Source: Octopus vulgaris
Lineage: Eukaryota
NCBI GenBank assembly: GCA_951406725.2
Contig: OX597827.1
Location: 75,950,001 to 76,014,000, forward strand
DNA: 64,000 nucleotides
Direction: 5' to 3'
Shown here piece after piece: positions 55,825 through 64,000 of this stretch. The notes beneath the pieces were generated by a model. That model was given only the letters and a program-made list of their open reading frames with translations, had not been told where the DNA came from and did no database searches. Position numbers and translations under genes: made by a program. Numbering within the stretch: the first letter of the stretch is position 1; every line of letters begins with the position of its first letter.

Positions 55825-56282
55825 TGTTCTTTATTGCCCACAAAGGGCTAAACATAGAGGGGACAAACAAGGACAGACAAAGGGATTAAGCCAATTACAT
55901 TGACCCCGGTGTGTAACTGGTACTTATTTAATTGACCCCCGAAAGGATGACATGCAAAGTCAGCCTCAGTGGAATTTGAACTCTGAACGTAATGACAGAC
56001 CACGATGCATTTTGCCCGGTGTACTAGCGATTCTGTTTGCTCACCACCCTCGAAATACCATGAACCATTTTGCCCAGCGTGCTAATGAATCTGCCAGTTT
56101 ACCACCCTTATATATATAAGGAGTGGCTGTGTGGTAAGTAGCTTGTTTACCAACCACATGGTTCCGGGTTCAGTCCCACTGCGTGGCACCTTGGGCAAGT
56201 GTCTTCTACTATAGCCTCGGGCCGACCAAAGCCTTGTGAGTGGATTTGGTAGACGGAAACTGAAAGAAGCCCGTTATATATC

Positions 56283-56324
<42 letters not shown>

Positions 56325-56825
56325 TTCATCGGATTCTTTTGATATATATATATATATATATATATGCGTGTGTGTGTTTGTGTGTCTGTGTTTGTCCCCC
56401 TAGCATTGCTTGACAACCGATGCTGGTGTGTTTATGTCCCCGTTACTTAGCGGTTCGGCAAAAGAGGCCGATAGAATAAGTACAGGGCTTACAAAAGAAT
56501 AAGTCCTGGGGTCGAGTTGCTCGATTAAAGGCAGTGCTCCAGCATGGCCGCAGTTGAATGACTGAAACAAGTAAAAGAGTAAAAGAGTAAAAGATATATA
56601 TAACTTTTATACTGACACACATGCATATGCATATGCATATATTATATATATGCATGCATGTATGCATATCCCACTAACGTCTCACGCACACACAAATTTA
56701 TGATTGGGACATGTGTCATAAATCAGAATCTAAAGTGAGTGGTGTGTGTGTGTGTGTGTGTGTGTGCATAAATACACCAAACATATATAAATATATGCAT
56801 ATATCTATTTATCTGTCTGTCTGTA

Positions 56826-56920
<95 letters not shown>

Positions 56921-57489
56921 ATATATAGACATATACATATATACATATATGTCTATATATATATATACATACATATATATATATATACACACACACACAC
57001 ATATATATGTATATATGTGTTTATATATATATTAAATGATGATGATCATCATCATCATGATATATGTATGTATGTATGTATGTGTGTGTGTAGGTAGGTA
57101 TGTATGTATATAAACACACACACACACACAAAAACACACACACACGTACATATATATGCGTATGTGTATGTGTATCTGTGATGCCACATACAAGGGTATA
57201 TATATATATATATATACACACATTTGCATGTATCCCCATGTATGTACATGAAACGCATGTACTTAACTGTGTCAATTCGGAAGCCATGCAAATGCATATA
57301 ATTATGCAGTGGTTTGTCACTGCTGCATGAACGTGCACATGTGAAGTGTTGGTGCGGGCGAGGGTGCACGCAGGCAGTGAGGATTCTGTTGCTGAAACAT
57401 GTGCGATAGAATATGCAGAAAATGCATATGTATATTATGCACATATATGCATTTGCGTGGCTGTGTCTGTGTGTATGTATATGTGTGTG

Positions 57490-57543
<54 letters not shown>

Positions 57544-57591
57544 TGTGTATGTATTCATACATACATGAATATCAATAAATATGTGTGTGTG

Positions 57592-57624
57592 TAGATAGAC
57601 AGATGGACAGACGGACAGATAGAC

Positions 57625-57715
<91 letters not shown>

Positions 57716-57782
57716 CAGAGGGATAGATATATAGATAGATACATAGATACATAGATAGATAGATAGATAGATAGATAAATAA

Positions 57783-57823
<41 letters not shown>

Positions 57824-57824
57824 C

Positions 57825-57863
<39 letters not shown>

Positions 57864-57872
57864 CAAACAGAG

Positions 57873-57925
<53 letters not shown>

Positions 57926-57926
57926 C

Positions 57927-57963
<37 letters not shown>

Positions 57964-57984
57964 CAGATAGACAGACAAACAGAG

Positions 57985-58077
<93 letters not shown>

Positions 58078-58090
58078 GATAGAGAGAGAG
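57592..58090. repeat. (GATA)n microsatellite
   Basis: Seen directly. Confidence 0.95.
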
Positions 58091-58336
58091 ATTAGATACT
58101 ATATATGTATATATGCATATTTATACTTACTCAAATCAATATGCGCACACCTGCAAACACTACACACACATGCATATACACATATATTTGAATATACACA
58201 CATACATATCCTTTTTTTATATCTACACATATATTATGTATGCATACATTTCTATTTCATGTGTATATATGTATATACATGAGTATGTGAGTATATACCT
58301 ACCTACCTATCTATCTATATACATACATACATACAC

Positions 58337-58413
<77 letters not shown>

Positions 58414-58495
58414 CATACATACATACACACATATTTATATATATACATACATAAATACACACATATATACATACATACACACATACATACATACA

Positions 58496-58531
<36 letters not shown>

Positions 58532-60184
58532 TATATGTATATATATATATATTTATATATATACATACATACATACATACACACATATTTATATATATAT
58601 ACATACATATATACACACATATATACATACATACATACATACACACATACATACCAACATACATACACACATACATACATACATACATATATATATGTAT
58701 ATATATATTTATATATATACATACATACATACACACAGATTTATATATATACATACATACACATATATTTATATATATACACACATATATACATACATAC
58801 ATACATACATACATACATACATACATACATACATACATACATACTCACACACACACACACATTATGCGTATATAATAATACAATGTGTAAATGAATATCA
58901 AACAAACGTGTGCATCTCCATCTTTTTTTTTATTCAATTAATATATGTATATTACAAGTATCATTGCAGGTATTAAGATGGAAATATATGTATGCATGTA
59001 CAGGTGTATTTGCATATTTTTGCCCATTTATTTCTACATAGTTCTATCATCATCATCATCATCATCATAATCGTTTAACGTCCGTTTTCCGCGCTAGCAT
59101 GGGTTGGACGGTTCGACCGGGGATCTGGGAAGCCAGGAGGCTGCACCAGGCTCCAATCTTGATCTGGCAGTGTTTCTACAGCTGGATGCCCTTCCTAACG
59201 CCAACCACTCCGTGAATGTAGTGGGTGCTTTTTACGTGCCACCGGCACAGGTGCCAGGGGAGTCTGGCAGCGGCCATGATCGGTTGGTGCTTTTAACGTG
59301 CCACCAGCACGGAAGCCAGTCAAGGCGGCGCTGGCATCGGCCTCGGATGGTGCTTTTTACGTGCCACCGGCAAGAGAATTAAATATATATGTACATGCGT
59401 ATACATTTGCCTATATATATATCCAAGGGTGCTAAGTCGGGACTACATGCTAGATGTGGTGTTAGTTTGATTCCCTCAAGTTCCTGGTCTTTATTATAGG
59501 TTGTCCAAAGGCAGCAAGCTGGCAGAATTGTTAGCACACTGGGCGAAATGCTTAGCGGCATTTCGTCCGTCTGTAAAATCTGAGTTCAAATACCACCGAG
59601 GTAGACTTAGCGTTTCACCCTCTCAAATTTCAGGCCTTGTGCCTTTAGTAGAAAGGCTTCAAGGCTGTTCAAGTGGTATGGGGTCTTGCATTGTCCTGCT
59701 ATAGAAGGGTCTGCTTTTTGTTGGGTGTTTTTGCTACACATTCGCATACACCTGCTCCTGTTGTTGGGAATACAGGAAGGCATCAATGCTTTGACTGTCC
59801 AGAAGGAACTCACGGTGAATTATTCCCTCAAAATTCTACCAGATGCAGAGCATCTCTTTATGTTCAAAACACCCCTGTTTAACAACTGGTTCCAGAAGCT
59901 GGCCCTTACTTAACCACTATTTATGCATATTAGGATCATGGAAAAATATTTCCCTTGGCTTATTACTTGTTCTGATCCATGGCTCACTTTCTGCACTCAT
60001 GACATTTTATGAACCAAGAGGAGGTGGAAGTTCTTTATCTCAAAGAACAATAAATGATATCAGAGGGGGATCAAAGAACTGACAAAAATGGTGGCTTCAG
60101 ACTGTGGAACAGAATGGCCTCTACGGTGAATGCTAGACTGCTTTTTTTGTAACTTGACCAATAAAGTAAATAAGTCACAAAATA

Positions 60185-60370
60185 TTCTTTTCTACTTTAG
60201 GCACAAAGCCTGAAATTTTGGGAGTGGGGGCCAGTTGATTAGATCAACCCCAGTACACAACTGGTGTTTAATCTATCGACCCTGAAAGGATGAAAGGCAA
60301 ATGTAAATACAGACAAAATACCGCTAAACATTTCACCTGGAGTGCTAATATTTCTGCCAGCTCACCACCT
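60185..60370 (-). mobile_element. SINE with 18-bp TSD
   Basis: taaataagtcacaaaata at 60167-84 and 60594-611. Confidence 0.85.
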
Positions 60371-60373
60371 TAA

Positions 60374-60592
60374 CCCTTTAGTATTTAAACCGGCCATATC
60401 CGGCCAAAATAGCTAATCTGTTTTATGTTCAAACTGACCAGATCCAGGCTCTCACACCTACCCTACAATGTTATTCTACATTAAGTAATTACACCATCAA
60501 CATCTTGAAGATATGAGATAATGCATGATTAATTCAAATCAATGGGAATCAATAAGCATTATGTTTGATAGAATAATCTGAACACTAAAGGG
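60374..60592. mobile_element. piggyBac-type MITE
   Basis: TTAA|ccctttagt...actaaaggg|TTAA termini. Confidence 0.85.
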
Positions 60593-61714
60593 TTAAATAA
60601 GTCACAAAATACTGCAAAACTTTTGACTTAATACAAGGCAATCCTACAAACAATTAAAAAATATATCATCATCATCGTCATTTATCGTCTGTTGTCCATG
60701 CTGGCATGGGTTGGACGGTTTGAGCAGAGCTGGCAAGCTGGAAGGCTGCACCAGACTCCAGTCTAATTCAGAATGGTTTCTACAGCTGGATACCCTTCCT
60801 AATGCCAACCACTCCAAGAGTATACTGGGTGCTTTTACATGCCACTGGCACAAGTGCCATTTGCATGACACTGGTATCTGCCACAACTGCAATTTTACTT
60901 GGCTTGATCAATCTTCTTCTCATGCACAACATAATGCCAAAGGTCTCGTTCATTGCCTCCATGAGGCCCTACCCTTGAAAGGGGCTTTTCACATGCCGCC
61001 GGCATCAGGCACTTTTCCTCCATGAAGCCCAACACTTGAAAGGTGCTTGTTATGTGCTACCAGTACGGGTACCAGTTACATGACACTGTGTATCATATTT
61101 AAATTAGATACATTATTGAAAGCCTTTTAAGCTATGGTATAAGCAGAAAAGTAATTCTTATAGATATATCATCATCATCATCATCATCATCATGATTAAC
61201 ATCTGTTTTCCGTACTGGCATGGGTTGGACAGCATAGCAGGTGTTGGCAAGACCAGTGGCCACACCAGGTTCCATAGCCTGTTTTGGCCAGGTTTCTACA
61301 GTTAGATGCCCTTCCTGGTGTCAACCACTTCACAGAGTGTACTGGATGCTTTTCACATGGCACCATTATCATTACTTTTTAAGTGGCACAAACACCAGAG
61401 CTTTTTACGTGACACCAACACCCACGCCAATGCATACAATGTTAAAAAACACACACCTTTATCAGTAGCAGGCAAAAACCATCCAGCAGTGTTGGTGGCA
61501 TTACTAAGTACCTATTACTGCATTTTGAGGCTTCATCAATATATTTTGGGCTTCAATATATTTTTTGGGCTTCCACCGGCAACCTCATGGTGGAACAAAA
61601 TCAGTTACTACTGATATAGTAAAACAATGATGAAAAATTTCTTTTTTCAACACTATACATATCTATAAGAGAGAGAGAGGAGGGGGAGAGAAGGAGAGAG
61701 AGAGAAATAGATAG

Positions 61715-61782
<68 letters not shown>

Positions 61783-61829
61783 GGTGGTGGAGATGTGGAG
61801 ACATTTTGTTTCAACAGAGACAAGATTTT

Positions 61830-62275
61830 TCTGAATGTTCTTCCTATTCTTATTTTCGCAACAACACTTTCAAAACCTCCTCCTCCACTACTGTTTAGGT
61901 CACCTAGGAAACAGAATATATCTACTACCTCTAGTGAGCCTCTGGGGCGTTTGAGAAAATCAATTTCCTATATATCTGTGATCTTTATGGCTCCTGTGCA
62001 TCTTCAACACACCAACACTACTTTCTCTGATAACCACTTCCCCGTGATTCCACTGTACCTTTTGTGTGTCCATGGCTAACACTGGACACACTATAGAATT
62101 CCAGGATTCACTTTTCCTACATACTGAGCAGGGTTGTTTACTTGTCTATTTTCTTGCTTACTAGAACTTTGGTCTTTGTTGAGTTTAATGCCTTTCAATT
62201 CCAGGTTTTTGCTTCCACACCTGGAATTTCTGTTACATATTCCACTATGAGAGCAAGATTATTAGCATATAGTAG
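61830..62275 (-). pseudogene. Older decayed RTE RT fragment (PHD-insert family), head-to-head with 62290-64000
   Basis: Minus strand encodes YANNLAL, KTKVLVS, PCSVCRK, C..C..WTHKR and a decayed F.YLG-like motif. Confidence 0.7.
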
Positions 62276-62289
62276 CATATAGCATATAG

Positions 62290-64000
62290 AGGGTCATAGT
62301 CCAACTAATTAGAGAGAGAGTTAGCCTAGATGAGATGTAGCTTGGTTTTGTGCCTGGCAGAAGCACCACTGATGCCATATTCATGGTTCAACAACTGCAG
62401 GAGAAATACCTAGCCAAAGATAAACACCTATACTTAGCTTTTGTGGACTTGGAGAAAGCTTTTGACAGGGTCCCCCCCGATCCCTTATCTGGTGAGCAAT
62501 GCAGAAACTGGAGATTTACGAATGGTTAATAAGGGCTGTACAAGCCCTCTACAGAGAGGCTAGTAGTAAGGTTAGAATTGGCAATGAGTACAGTGAAGAA
62601 TTCAGGGTAGAATTTGGCGTCCTCCAGGCAATAACGGGGGAATTTAAGACGGGTTGTCCCTGGGAGCTCCTCTATGCTGATGACCTGGCCCTTGTAGCAG
62701 AATCACTACCGGAACTAGAGAAGAAATTTCGTGTGTGGAAGCTATGTTTCAAATCAAAAGGCCTTAGAGTCAATGTAGCAAAGACCAAAGTTATAGTAAG
62801 TAGGAAGGTGAACTCACCACACACCCCTTCAAGTAGGTGGCCCTGCTCGATCTGTAGAAAAGGTGTAGGTAGAAACTCCATAAGATGTACCCAGTGTATG
62901 GATACATAAGAGGTGCAGCAATATCAAAGGAAAATTAAACAAGAAGACAGCTTTCGTGTGCGGCAGATGCACAGGGGCAATAGACACCATTGATACTCAG
63001 AAAACAGATTCCATCACACTCCAAGGGAAGAAGCTAGAACTAGTTGATTGCTTCCGTTACCTAGGTGACCAAGTAAGTAGCAGGGGTGGATGCTCAGAGT
63101 GTGTTACCACTAAAATAAGAATAGCCTGGGCAAAGTTTAGGAAGCTTCTCCCCCTACTGGCGACAAAGGGTCTCTCGCTCAGAGTGAAAGGTAGATTGTA
63201 TGATGCATGTGTGTGAACTGCCATGCTTCATGGCAATGAAACATGGACCATGACTGTGGAGGACATGCGTAGGCTTGAAAGAAATGAAGCTTGCATGATC
63301 CACTGGATGTGTAATGTCAGCGTCCATGCACAACAGAGTGTAAGCGTCCTGAGAGAAATGTTGGGCATAAGAAGCATTGGATGCAGCGTGCAGGAGAGAC
63401 AATTGCGTTGGTACGGTCATGTACTACTGATGGATGAGGAGAGATGTGTGAAGAAGTGCCACTCCCAAACTGTTGAAACGAATCTGGGGTAGAGGTAGAC
63501 CCAGGAAGACATGGGATGAGGTGGTCAAGCATGACCTTCGTACTTTGAGCCTCACAGAGGCTATGACGAAAGACCGAGACCTCTGGAGATATGCTGTGAC
63601 TTCGAAGACCCAACAAATGAAGTGAGTTCATGACTCGCAGGACGGCCTGCTGTGCTAACCTTGGATCATAGAGTGACCTGCTGTTCTTGAGGAGACCTGT
63701 TGAGTCAAGTAAGTCAACATCAAAATAAAAATTCAAATGGAAATTGTAGTTAAGACACCCATGCCGGTAACATGTAAAATGCACCGTCCGAATGCAGCGG
63801 ATACTAGCATCGCCTGACTGGTGTCTGTGTCGGTGACACGTAAAAGCACCAACCGATCGTGGCCGTTTGCCAGCCTGCTCTGGTCCCTGTGCCAGTGGCA
63901 TGTAAAAAACACCCACTACACTCACGGAGTGGTTGGCTTTAGGAAGGGCATCCAGCGGTAGAAACACTGCCAAATCAGACTAGAGCCTGGTAAAGCCTCC
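62290..64000 (+). mobile_element. 5'-truncated RTE LINE: RT pseudogene with PHD-like insert, and 3' UTR running off the window end
   Basis: GFVPGRSTTDAIF..QQLQEKY, AFVDLEKAFDRVP, LLYADDL, GLRVNVAKTK, FRYLG, HGNETW and LRWYGHV, with stops and frameshifts. Confidence 0.92.

Larger units (their letters stand above)
59424..60635. mobile_element. Rearranged mariner remnants with nested SINEs and a MITE
   Basis: The minus strand encodes PHLACSPDLAPLD at 59424-59460. A mariner-like 3' end at 60000-60184 resumes at 60594-60635. Confidence 0.55.

Overview
This is an AT-rich, microsatellite-saturated animal intergenic or intronic window with no recognisable host gene. The SINE/LINE repertoire looks like Octopus, which is my inference from recalled repeat families. 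Nearly all long ORFs in the track are translations of (TA)n, (CA)n, (TATG)n and (GATA)n. The real content is decayed RTE and CR1 LINEs, mariner/maT transposons, non-autonomous Helitrons, a piggyBac-type MITE and at least four SINE-like families. The main signal is a set of small hammerhead-ribozyme (HHR) retroelements, mostly next to (TA)n tracts. (1) Two diverged elements (4576-4644 +, 2474-2542 -) contain all HHR core motifs and stems I and III, but with the three strands in reversed, non-circularly-permuted order. (2) A young 360-bp retrozyme-like unit with an extended type I HHR and a CCGA(U/C)GA core variant occurs at two loci as tandem-plus-inverted arrays with matching ends. (3) Several foldback Penelope-type elements carry minimal HHRs with a palindromic stem III. 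All pairings were worked out by eye and no cleavage activity is demonstrated. Boundaries of old repeats are approximate.
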